Shown one piece after another: positions 25,788 through 37,134 of a stretch of 64,000 bases of DNA. A program made the translations under genes and the position numbers. The DNA comes from Squalus acanthias (lineage: Eukaryota), in contig CM059431.1 of assembly GCA_030390025.1 (NCBI GenBank), forward strand, positions 156,552,001-156,616,000, written 5' to 3'. The stretch's first letter is position 1. Every line of letters begins with the position of its first letter. Under the pieces are notes generated by a model. The model was not told the DNA's origin. It worked only from the letters and a program-made list of their open reading frames with translations, and did not search any database.

Positions 25788-25822
25788 TACCTGACGAAAG
25801 AGCAGCGCTCTGAAAGCTTGTG
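25788..25822 (+). ncRNA. Minimal type I hammerhead ribozyme motif
   Basis: TAC-CTGACGA-A-AGAGC-agc-GCTCT-GAAA-GC-TT-GTG, with palindromic AAGCTT at stem III. Confidence 0.65.
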
Positions 25823-25910
25823 ATTTCAAATAAAGCTGTTGGACCATAACCTGGTGTTGTGCGACTTCTCACATTTGTCCCCCCCAATCCAACACCGGCA
25901 TCTCCACATC

Positions 25911-26538
25911 ATGGCTTCATTAGCCGAGGCTTAGAATATAAGAGCAGGGAGGTTATGATGGAGCTGTACAAAACGCTAGTTAGGCCACAGCTGGAATACT
26001 ATGTGCAGTTCTGGTCACCACACTATAGGAGGGATGTGATTGCATTGGAGAGGCTGCAGAGGAGATTCACCAGGATGTTGCCTGGGCTGGAGCGCTTCAT
26101 CTATGAAGAGAGAATGGAGAGGCTGGTGTTGTTTTCCTTAGAGCAGAGAAGGCTGAGGGGGGACCTGATTGAGGTGTACAAAATTATGAGGGGCATAGAT
26201 AGGGGAGATTGAAAGGAACGCTTCCCCTTAGTCGTGGGGTCAATACCCAAGGGGCGTAGTTTCAAGGTAAGGGGCAGGAGGTTTAGAGGGGATTTGAGCA
26301 AAACTATTTCACCCAGAGGATGGTTGGAATCTGGAACTCACTGCCTGAAAGGGTGGTAGAGGCAGTAATCCTCACAACATGCACGAAGCATTTTGATGAG
26401 CACTTGAAACGCCATAGCATACAAGGCTACGGAGCAAGTGCTGGAAAATAAGATTAGTAAAGACAGGGCTTGATGGCCGGCGCGGACACGGTGTGCGGAA
26501 GGGCCTCTTACTGTGCTGTTTAAATCTATGACTCTATG
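25911..26538 (+). mobile_element. CR1 3' fragment
   Basis: GFISRGLEYKSREVMMELYKTLVRPQLEY..LRGDLIEVYKIM; the tail reads ...CTGTGCTGTTTAAATCTATGACTCTATG. Confidence 0.9.
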
Positions 26539-27856
26539 AGAGTGTCAGAGTACCCCGGGCTTTAAAGAATGTCAGAGTATCCTGTGCTACACAACCCGTC
26601 AGACACCCTGGGTTACACAGAGGGACGGAGCAACGTAGTTTATGGAGAGTGTCAGAGTACCCTGGGCTATACAGAGTGTCAGAGTATCCCGTGTTAACAG
26701 AGTGTCAGAGTACCTTGCGCTACAAAGAGTGTCAATGTACCCTGGGCAATATGAGGTTCAGAGTGCACTGGGCTGCCCAGAGGGTCAGAGTACTTTGGGC
26801 TACACAGAGTGTCAAAGTACCTGTGCTAAACAGAGTGTCAGAGTAACCTGCGCTATAGAGCCTGTCAGATACACTGGGCTACACAGAGTGTCAGAGTACC
26901 CGGGGCTATAATGCGTGTCAGATTAACCTGGGCTATACAAAGTGTCAGAGTTCCCTGGGCTATACAGAGTGTCAGATTAACCTGGGCTTTATAGAGAGTC
27001 AACGTACCCTGGGCTCTACAGAGGGTCAGAGTAACCTGGATTATAAAGAGGTGCAGAGTACCCTGGGTAATACAGATTGTCAGATAAACCTAGGCTATAA
27101 TGTGTGTCAGAATACCCTGGGCTACACAGAGTGCCAGCGTTCCCTGTGCTCCACAGTGTGTCCGAGTAGCCTGGGCTAAAGAGAGTGTCAGTGTACCCTG
27201 GGCAACACAGAGTGTCAGAGAATCATGGGCTATACAGAGGGTCAGACTACCATGAGCTACACAGAGTGTCAGATTACCCTGGTCTATACTGAGAGACAGC
27301 GTACCCTGGGCTTTAGAGAGTGTCAGAGTAACCTGGGCTACAAAGAGGTTCGGAGTACCCTGGGATAGAGAGAGTGTCATAGTCACCTGGGCAACAGAGA
27401 GTGTCAGATTTATCTGGGCTATACAGGGTGTCTGATTAACCTGGGCTACACAGAGTGTCAGATATCCTGGGCTACACAGAGTGTCAGATATCCTGGGCTA
27501 CACAGAGGGTCCGAGTATCCTGGGCTGTACAGAGGATTAGAGTAACCAGGGCTACAGAGATTGTGAGTGTACACTGGGCGATACAGAGTGCCAGTGTACC
27601 CTGGGCTACACAGAGTGTCAGTGTACCCTGGGCTATAGAGGTTATTGGAGTACCTGGGATATACAGAGTGTCAGATTACCCTGGGCTGCACAGAGTGTCA
27701 GCATAAACTGGGCTACACAGAGCGTCAGAGTATCCCAGGCGACACAGAGTGTCACAGTACCGTATACTACACAGAGTGTCAGAGTATCCTGGGATACACA
27801 GCGTGTCAGAGTACCATGGGCTAAACAGAGTGTCACAGCACCGTGGGCTACACAGA

Positions 27857-30230
27857 TGTTTACGGGATGGTTTTCTGGAACAATATGTCGAGGAAGAAAC
27901 CTTAGATAAGGCCATCTTAGACTGGATATTATGTAACGAGAAAGGATTAATAAGCAATCTTGTTGTAAGAGGCCCCTTGGGTCAGAGTGATCATAATATG
28001 ATAGAATTCTTCATTAGGATGGAGAGTGAAGTAGTTGAATCAGAGACTGGGGTCCTGAATTTAAATAAAGGAATCTACGATGGTATGAGGCACGAATTGG
28101 GTAGGATTGATTTGGCAATGTCACCCATAGGGTTGACGGTGGCTAGGGAATGGCAAACATTGAAAGACTGTATGGATGAACAAAAGAATTTGTTCATCCC
28201 AGTGCGGCATAAGAATAAAACAAAAAGGGTGACCCAACCGTGGCTCACAAGAGAAATTAGAGATAGCATACGATTCAAGGACAGGGCATATAAATTGGCC
28301 AGAAAAAGCGGTAACCCTGAGGATTGGGAGCAGTTTAGGATTCACCAAAGGAAGACAAAGGGATTAATTAAGAAGGGGAAAATTTAATATGAAAGTAAGC
28401 TTGCTGGGAACATAAAAACTGATGTAAGAGCTTTTACAGATATGCGAAGAGAAAAAGATTTTCGAAATCAAGTGTAGGTCCACTCCATTCAGAAGCGGGG
28501 GAAGTTATAATGGGGAACAAAGAAATGGTGGACCAATTACATGCATATTTTGGTACTGTCTTCACAATGGTGGACACAAATAACCTCCCAGAGATGTTGG
28601 AGAACATACGCTCTGATGAAAGGGAGGAACTGAAATAAATCAGTATTTGCAGGGAAATGGTGTTAGGGAAATTGACGTGATTGAAAGCCGATAAATCCCC
28701 AGGGCCTGATAATCAATATCCCAGTGCACTTAAGGATGTGGCCCTGCAAATACTAAATGCATTGCTGATCATCTTCCAACATTCGATGGAATCTGGAACT
28801 GTTTCCATGGATTGGAGGGTAGCTAATGTTACCCCACTATTCAAAAAGGGTGGTAGAGAGAAAGCGGGGAATTACAGACCGGTAAGCCTGACATCGGTAG
28901 TGGGGAAAATGCTAGATTCCATTATAAAGGATGTAATAGCTGAGCACTTGAAAAACAGTGACTGGATCGGACAAAGTCAACATGGATTTACAAAAGGTAA
29001 ATCGTGCTTGACTAATCTACTGGAATTTTTTGAGGATGTAACTGGGAAAATAGATAAGGGAGAAATAGTAGATGTGGTGTATTTGGACTTTCAAAAGGCT
29101 TTTGATAAGGTCCCGCATAAGAGATTAGCGTGTAAAAATAAGGCACATGGGATTGGGGGCACTGTATTGACTTGGATAGAGAACTGGTTGGCGGACAGAA
29201 AGCAGAGATTAGTAATTAATGGGTCTTTTTCCGAGTGGCAAGCACTGACTAGTGGGGTACCGCAGGGATCGGTCCTTGGACCCCAGCTTTCACAATATAC
29301 ATTAATGACCTAGATAAGGGAACTAAATGTAATATCTCCAAGTTTGCAGATGACACAAAGCTGGGTGGGAGTGTGTGGTGCGAGGAGGATACCGACAACC
29401 TCCAGGATGATTTGGACAGGTTGGGTGAGTGGGCAGAAGCGTGGCAGATGCAATATAACGTGGATAAATGCGAGGTTATCCACTTTGGTGTCAAAAACAG
29501 AAAGGCAGACTATAATCTGAATAGCAATAGATTGGGAGAAGGCGAAGTGCAACGAGACCTGGGTATCCTTGTGCACCAGTCGCTGAAGGTTAGCATGCAG
29601 GTGCAGCAGGCGTTGAAGAAGGCTAATGGTATGTCGGCCTTCATAGCGAAAGGGTATGAGTATAGGAACAGGGATGTCCTGCTGCAGTTGTACAGGGCTT
29701 TGGTGAGACCACACCTTGAGTACTGCGTGCAGTTTTGGTCGCCTTATCTGAGGAAGGATGTTCTTGCCATGGAAGGAGTTCAGCGAAGATTCACAAGGCT
29801 GATACCTGGGATGGCAGGAATGACATATGAGGAGAGATTGGGTCGATTGGGCTTATACTTGCTGGGGTATAGAAGAATGAGAGGGGATTTCATCGAAACA
29901 TATAACATTCTGACAGGGCTGGAAAGACTGGATGCTGGAAGAATGTTCCCGATGGTCGGAGAGTCCAGAACCATGGGACATAATCTAAGCATAAGGGGTA
30001 AGCCATTTAAGACAGAAATTAGGAAGAATTTCTTCACCCAGAGCGTGGTGAACCTATGTAATTTTCTACCACAGAAGGTAGTTGAGGCCAAATCATTAAA
30101 TATATTCAAGAATGAGTTAGATATATTTCTTAAAGCTAAAGGTATCAAGGGATATGGGGAGAAGGCAGGTACAGGGTACTGAGTTTGGTGGATCAGCCAT
30201 GATCTCATAGAATGGTGGAGCAGGCTCGAG
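27857..30230 (+). mobile_element. 5'-truncated CR1 (same subfamily as 1-3208) whose 3' tail is cut at GCAGGCTCGAG
   Basis: ORFs 27749, 28681 and 29373 closely match the 1-3208 copy. Confidence 0.93.
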
Positions 30231-30640
30231 GTGGCATAGTGGCATAGTGGTTAGCACTGGTGCCTCACAGCGCCAGAGACCCGGGTTCGAATCTTACCTC
30301 GGGTGACTGTCTGTGTGGAGTTTGCACATTCTCCCCGTGTCTGCGTGGGTTTCCTCCGGGTGCTCCGGTTTCCTCCCACAGTCCAAAAATGTGTGGGTTA
30401 GGTTGATTTGGCTATGATAAATTGACCCTTAGTGTTAGGGGGGATTAAATATGTGGGGTTATGGGGATAGGATGGGATATGTTAGGGGGAATTAAATACG
30501 TGGGGTTACGGGGGTAGGGTGGGATATGTGTACTGTGGGGATTAAAGCAGGGATGATCAGCCATGATCATATTGAATGGCGGAGCAGGCTCGATGGGCCG
30601 AATGACCTACTCCTGCTCCTTTCTTCTATCTATCTATGTT
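30231..30640 (+). mobile_element. tRNA-derived V-SINE (HE1-like) with CR1-derived 3' tail
   Basis: A box TGGCATAGTGG (30240-30250), B box GGTTCGAATC (30284-30293), V-domain TGTGTGGAGTTTGCACATTCTCCCCGTGTCTGCGTGGGTTTCCTCCGGGTGCTCCGGTTTCCTCCCACAGTCC, and CR1 tail GATCAGCCATGATC..GCAGGCTCG..CCTACTCCTGCTCC. Confidence 0.9.
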
Positions 30641-31761
30641 TAAGTACCCTGGGCTATAAATTGTGTCAGTGTACACTGGGCTACACAGAGTTTCAGAATA
30701 CCCTGGGCTATACAGATGTTTAGCTTAGCCTGGTCTACACAGAGCGTCAGAGCACCCTGGGCTACACAGAGTGTCAGAGTACCCTGTCCTACACAATGTG
30801 TCAGATTACCCTGGGCTAAACAGAGTGTCAGAGTACCTGGACTACACAGAGTGACACATTACCCTGGGCTACCCAAAGGGTCAGTGTACTTTGTTTTTAT
30901 ACAGAGTGTCAGAACGTCCTGGGCAATACAGCGGGTCGGAATAACCTGGGCTACACATGTTGTTAGAATATACTCAGCTATACAGAGGATCAGATCACCC
31001 TGGGCTGAACATAGTGCCAGAGATCCCTGGACTAAACAGAGTTTCAGTGCAACCTGGGCTACAGAGTGTCAGTGCAACCTGGGCTACAGAGTGCCAGTGC
31101 AACCTGGGCCACAGAGTGTCAGAGTACCCTGAGATACACAGAGTGTTTGAGTATCCTCAGCTATGCAGAGGGTCAGAGCACCTAGGGCTGAACAGAGTGT
31201 CAGAGCTCCCTGGGCAACACAGAGTGTCAGTGTACCCTGGGCAAAACAGAGCGTCACAGTAGCCTGGGTAATAGAGATTGTTAGAGAAGTAATGGCTACA
31301 CAGAGTGCCACAATACCCTTGCCTATACAGAGTGTTAGAGATGCCTGGGCTACACAGGGTGTCAGAGTACGTGGGCTACACAGAGTCAGAGTAGGGTGGG
31401 CTGCACAGAGCGGCAGAGTACCCTGGGCTACACAGAGTGCCACGGTTGCCTGGGCGACAGAGAGTGTCAGAGTACGTGGGCTACACAGAGTTTCAGAACA
31501 GCCTGAACTATACAGTGTTTTAGATTAGCCTGGGCTGCACATAGTGTTATAATTAATCTGCGCTACACACAGTGTCAGAGTGCCCTGGGCTATACAGGGT
31601 GTCAGAGTACCCTGGGTAACAAAGTGTGGCAGTTTTTCCTGGTCTTTACATTGGGTCAGATTACATTGGTTTACACAGAGGGTAAGTGTACCCTGGGCTA
31701 CACAGAGTGTCAGAGTACCTGGGCGACACAGTCTATCAGAGTACCAGGCCTACAAAGAATG

Positions 31762-32096
31762 CCCCCCCCCCACCTTTTTTTTTTCCTCCTAGAAGCTGGC
31801 AGCTGTCCTTCATTCTGCCAGTGGATTTCACGCTTCTTTCAGCCTTAATCTGTCACATTTACACCACCTCTAGCCTTGCATATCTCTTAATGTCTCTTAA
31901 TGTCTCTTCATCTCCCCCTTTGTTCTTTTATCCCCTCCCCCCTTTTCCCAGCTTTACTCTGGCCTTAAATCTATTTGATTTGCGGCTCTTCACAGTTCTG
32001 ATGAAAGGTCATCGACCTGAAACGTTAACTCTCTTTCTCTCTCCACGGATGCTGCCTGGCCTGCTGAGTTTTTCCAGCGTTTTCTGTTGTTATTTC
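31762..32096 (+). mobile_element. Penelope-like 3' terminal fragment (second family) flanked by AGAATG duplication
   Basis: Pyrimidine-rich UTR, hammerhead motif, then GATGCTGCCTGGCCTGCTGAGTTTTTCCAGC. AGAATG occurs at 31756-31761 and 32097-32102. Confidence 0.75.
31994..32030 (+). ncRNA. Intact-looking minimal type I hammerhead ribozyme
   Basis: AGTT-CTGATGA-A-AGGTC-atc-GACCT-GAAA-CG-TT-AACT: stems I and II are perfect, stem III is palindromic AACGTT, and the cleavage triplet is GUU. Confidence 0.75.
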
Positions 32097-35000
32097 AGAA
32101 TGTCAGAATACCCTGGCTATACGGAGGGTCAGAGTAACCTGGGCTACACACAGTGTCAGAGTATCCTGGGCTATACAGAGTGCCAGTGAACCCTGGGGTA
32201 AAAAGAATGGGAGAGAACGGTGAACTACACAGAGGGGCAGAATACCCTGGACTACACAGAGTGGCAGAGTCCCCTGGGCTACAAAGAGTGTCAGATTACC
32301 CTGGGAAATAGAGAGGGTCAGAGCACCCCGGGCAATACAGAGTGTTAGAGTACCGTGGGCTACAGAGAGTGGTAGTGTTCCCTCGGCCATAAAGAATGTC
32401 AAAGTACGTGGGGTACACATAGTGTCAGATTTCCCAGGGCTACACAGAGTGTCAGAATAACCTGGGCTGCACAGAGTTTCAGAGTACCCTGGACTACACA
32501 GAGTGTAAGCGAATCCTGGGCTAAACAGTGTCAGATACAGTGTTCTACACAGAGGGTCATACCACCTTGGGCTACAGAGAGTGTCATAGTACACTGGGCT
32601 GCACAGATTGTCAGAGTAGCCTGGGATACACAGAGTGTCAGAATACCTTGAGCTACAAATAGTGTCAGAATATCCTGGGCTATACAGAGTGTCAGAGTAT
32701 CCTGTGATTTACAGAGAGTCAGAGCACGCTGAGATATACAGAGTGTCATGGTACCGTGGTCTATACTGTGTTTCAAATTACCCTGGGCTATACAGATGGT
32801 CAGAGTACCCTGGGCTATCCAAAGGTACAGTGTATCCTGGGCTATATAGTGTGTCAGAGTAACCTGGGCTACACAGAGTGTTGGAGTATCCTGAGCTAGA
32901 CAGAGGGCCAGTGCACCCTGGGCTATAGAGAGTGCCATAGTATCCTGGGCTAGAGAGATTGACAGAGTATACTGGGATACACAGAGTGTCAGAATACCTT
33001 GGGCTAGACAGTGTCAGAATACCCAGGGCTATACAGAGTGTCAGAGTAGCCTAGACTATAATGAGTGTCAGTGTACCCTTGGCTATACAGAGAGTCAAAA
33101 TACGCTGAGATATAAAGAGTGTCAGGGTACACTGGGCTATATGAATTTCTGAATACCCTGGGCTATACAGAGGGTCAGAGCACCCTTGGCTATGCAGAAG
33201 TACAGAGTGCCCGTGGCAATACAGAGTGTCAGAGGACCCTGGGCAAAAATGAATTTCAGACTACCTTCGGCTACACGGATTTTCAGAGTACCCTGGGATA
33301 CACCGAGTGTCAGAGTATCATGGGCTATGCTGTGTCAGAGTAACCTGGGCTACACAGAGTATCATAGTGCCCTGGGCTATATAGAGTGTTCGTGCACCCT
33401 GGGCTACACAGAATGTCAGGGAACAGTGAGCTGCACAGATGGTCAGACTACCCTGGGATACACAGAATGTCAGTTTACCCTGGGCTATACACAGTGTCAG
33501 AGTAAACTGGGCTATACAGAGTGGCAGAGTATCCTGGGCTATACAGAGTATCAGAGTATCCTGGGCTATACAGTTTCAGATTAACCTGGGCTACAAAGAG
33601 TGTCAGAGTACCCAGCGTGAAACACAGCGTCTGAGTGCCCCGGACTGCTCAGAGTGTCAGAGTATCCAGCAATAGTCAGAGCTCCAGATTATCCTGGGCT
33701 ATACAGAGTGGCAGAGCACCCTGGACTGCATTGAGTGTCAGACTAACCCGGGAAATGAATAGTGTCAGATTACCTTGGGCTAAACAGAGGAGAAGAGCAC
33801 CCAGGTCTATACACATAATCAGAGTACCTTAGGCTATACACACACTCAGAATACCTGGGCGACACAGTCTGTCAGAGTAAAAGGGCTACAAAGAATGTCA
33901 GAATACCCTGGCTATAGGCAGTGTCAGAGCATCCTGGGCTACACAGTGTGTCAGAGTAACCTGGGCTACACACAGTGTCAGAGTATCCTGGGCTATACAG
34001 AGTGCCAGTAAACAGAATGTGAGAGAACGGTGAACTACACAGAGGGGCAGAATACCCTGGACTACACAGAGTGGCAGAGTCCCCTGGGCTACAAAGAGTG
34101 GCAGAGTCCCCTGGGCTACAAAGAGTGGCAGATTACCCTGGGCTATAGAGAGGTTCAGAGCACCCCGGGCTATACAGAGGGTTAGAGTACCGTGGGCTAC
34201 AAAGAGTGGCAGTGTTCCCTCGGCTATACAGAGTGACAGAGTACGTGGGGTACACATAGTGTCAGATTTCCCAGGGCTGCACAGAGTGTCAGAATAACCT
34301 GGGCTGCACAGAGTGTCAGATTACCCTGGACTTCACAGAGTGTAAGCGAATCCTGGGCTACACAGTGTGTCAGAGTACCGTGGGCAGTACACAGTGTCAG
34401 TTACCGTTGTCTACACAGAGGGTCAGACCACCCTGGGCTACAGAGAGTGTCATAGTACACTGGGCTGCACAGATTGTCAGAGTAGCCTGGGATACACAGA
34501 GTGTCAGAATACCTTGGGCTACACATAGTGTCAGAATATCCTGTGCTATACAGAGTGTCAGAGTACCCTTGGCTATAAAGAGAGTCAGAATACGCTGAGA
34601 TATAAAGAGTGCCAGGGTGCACTGGGCTATATGAATTTCAGAATAGCCTGGGCTATACAGAGGGTCAGAGCACCCTTGGCTATACAGAAGTACAGAGTAC
34701 CCTGGGTTATACAGAGTGTCAGAGTACCCTGGGCAAAAATGAAATTCAGACTACAATCGGCGACACGGATTTTCTGAATACCCTGGGATACACCGAGTGT
34801 CAGAGTATCATGGGCTATACTGTGTCAGAGTAACCTGGGCTACACGGAGTATCATAGTGCCCTGGGCGATACAGAGCATCAGAGTGCCCTGGGCTATATA
34901 GAGTGTCAGTGCACCCTGGGCTACACAGAGTGTCAGGGAACAGTGGCTACACAGATGGTCAGACTACCCTGGGATACAAAGAATGTCAGATTACCCTGGG

Positions 35001-37134
35001 CAATACACAGTTTCAGAGTAACTGGGCTATACAGATTGGCAGAGTATCCTGGGTTATACAGAGTATCAGAGTATCCTGGGCTATACAGTTTCAGATTAAC
35101 CTGGGCTACAAATAGTGTCAGAGTACCCAGCGCGAAACACAACATCAGATAGCCCCGGACTGCACAGCGTGTCAGAGTATCCTGCAATAGACAGAGCTCC
35201 AGATTATCCTGGGCTATACAGAGTGGCAGAGCACCCTGGACTGCATAGAGTGTCAGACTATCCCGGGAAATAAATAGTGTCAGATTAACTTGGGCTAAAC
35301 AGAGGGGAAGAGCACCCAGGTCTATACACAGCGTCAGAGTACCTGAGGCTATACACACACTCAGAGTACCCCGGGTTACAGAGATTGTCAGTGTAACCTG
35401 GGCTACACAGATTGTCAGAGTAACCTGGACTACACAGAGGGTATGAATACCCTAGGCTACATTAAGTGTCAGGGCACCCTGGACTTTTCAGAGTGCCAGA
35501 ATTTCCTGAGCTATAGAGAGTGTCAGATTATCCTGGGCAAAAGAGATTATCGGAGTAGCTGGGCTACACAGAGTGCCAGATTACTCTGGGCTAAACCGAG
35601 GGTCAGGGTACCCTGGGCTACACAGAGGATGAGAGTATCCTGGGCTATACAGAGTGTCAGAGTACCCTGGGCTACCCAGAGTGTCACAGGTATTTGGGCT
35701 ATTCAGATGGTCAGAATAACCTGATCTATAGAGTATACAAGAGTACCCTGGGCTACACAGATGGTCAGAGTACCCAGGCTACAGAGAGTGTCAGAGTACA
35801 ATGGGCTAAACAGAGTGTCAGAGTATCCTGGGCTACACAGAGGGTTAGAGTACCCTGGGCTACACAGAGGTTCAGAGTACTCTGGGCTACACAGAGGGTC
35901 AGAGTACCCTGGGCTATAAAGTGTGTCAGTGTACACTGGGCTACACAAAGTGTCAGAATAACCTGGTCTTTACAGAAGTTTAGATTAGCCTGGGCTACAC
36001 AGAGTGTCAGAGTAGTCTAGGCAAGAGAGAGAGACAGAATACACATGGGTCACAAAGAGTGTCAGAATAACCTGGGCTATTCAGTGTGTCAGAATACCCT
36101 GGGCTACACAGAGTGTCACAGTACTCTGGGCTACACAGAGGATCAGTGTATCCTGGGCTATACAGAGCGCCATAGTACCTGGGTTACCCAGAGGGTCAGA
36201 GTTCTTTTGGGTATACAGAGGTTCAGAGCAACCTGGCCAATACAGCGGGTAGGAGTACCCTGGGCTACACAATGTGTCAGAATATACTGGGCTGCACAGA
36301 TTGTCAGAATAGCTTGGGCTATACAGAGGGTTAGACAAGCCTGTGCTACACAGAGTTTCAGAATAAACTGGGCCACACAGAGGGTTAGAGCGCCGTGGGC
36401 TATACAGCGGGTCGGAGTACCCTGGGATAGAAAGAGTTTCAGAGTACACTGGGCTACACAGAGTGTCAGAACACCCTGTACTATAGAGAGTGTCAGAGTA
36501 TCCTGGGCTATTAAGAGGTTCAGAATAACCTGAGCTATAGAGAGGGGCAGATTATCCTGGGCTATAGAGAGTATCGGAGTACCTGGGCTACACAGAGTGT
36601 CAGAATACCCTGAGCTATACAGACTGCCAGAATATCCTGGGCTATACAGAGTGTCAGAGCATCCTGGGTTATACAAAGTTTCACAGTATCCTGGGCTATA
36701 CTGTTTCAGATTAACCCAGGCTACACAGAGTGCCAGAATACCCTGAGCGACGCAGAGTGTCAGAGTACCATGGACTGCACAGAGTGTCAGAGTATCCTGC
36801 GATATACAGATTTTCAGATTAACCTGGGTTATACAGAGTGGCAGAGCACACTGAGCTATACACAGGGTCAAAGTACCCTGAGCTACTCAGAGTGTCAGAG
36901 TACCCTGGACTGCATAGAATGTCAGAATATCCTCGGAAATAAAGAGTGTCAGATTACACTGGGCTAAACAGAGGGGAAGATCATCCTCAGCTATACACAG
37001 TGACAGAGTACCTTAGGCTATACACAATCTCAGAGTACCCTGGGCTATACAGATTGTCAGAAGAACCTGGGCTACACAGAGGGTCTGATTACCCTGGGAT
37101 ACACAGAGTTGCATAGTACACTGGGCAACACAAA

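Larger units (their letters stand above)
25055..25910. mobile_element. Penelope-like element 3' ends arranged as an inverted repeat (arms 25055-25419 and 25512-25876)
   Basis: The arms are reverse complements (paralogous ORFs 25154+ and 25532-). A minus-strand ORF end LNRDLGFMPRYM* (25490-25452) resembles a Penelope GIY-YIG C-terminus, and both arms carry a hammerhead motif. Confidence 0.8.

Noticed and set aside
30231..30300. tRNA gene
   Set aside because: The A/B boxes are the head of a V-SINE; the V-domain and LINE-derived tail follow directly.
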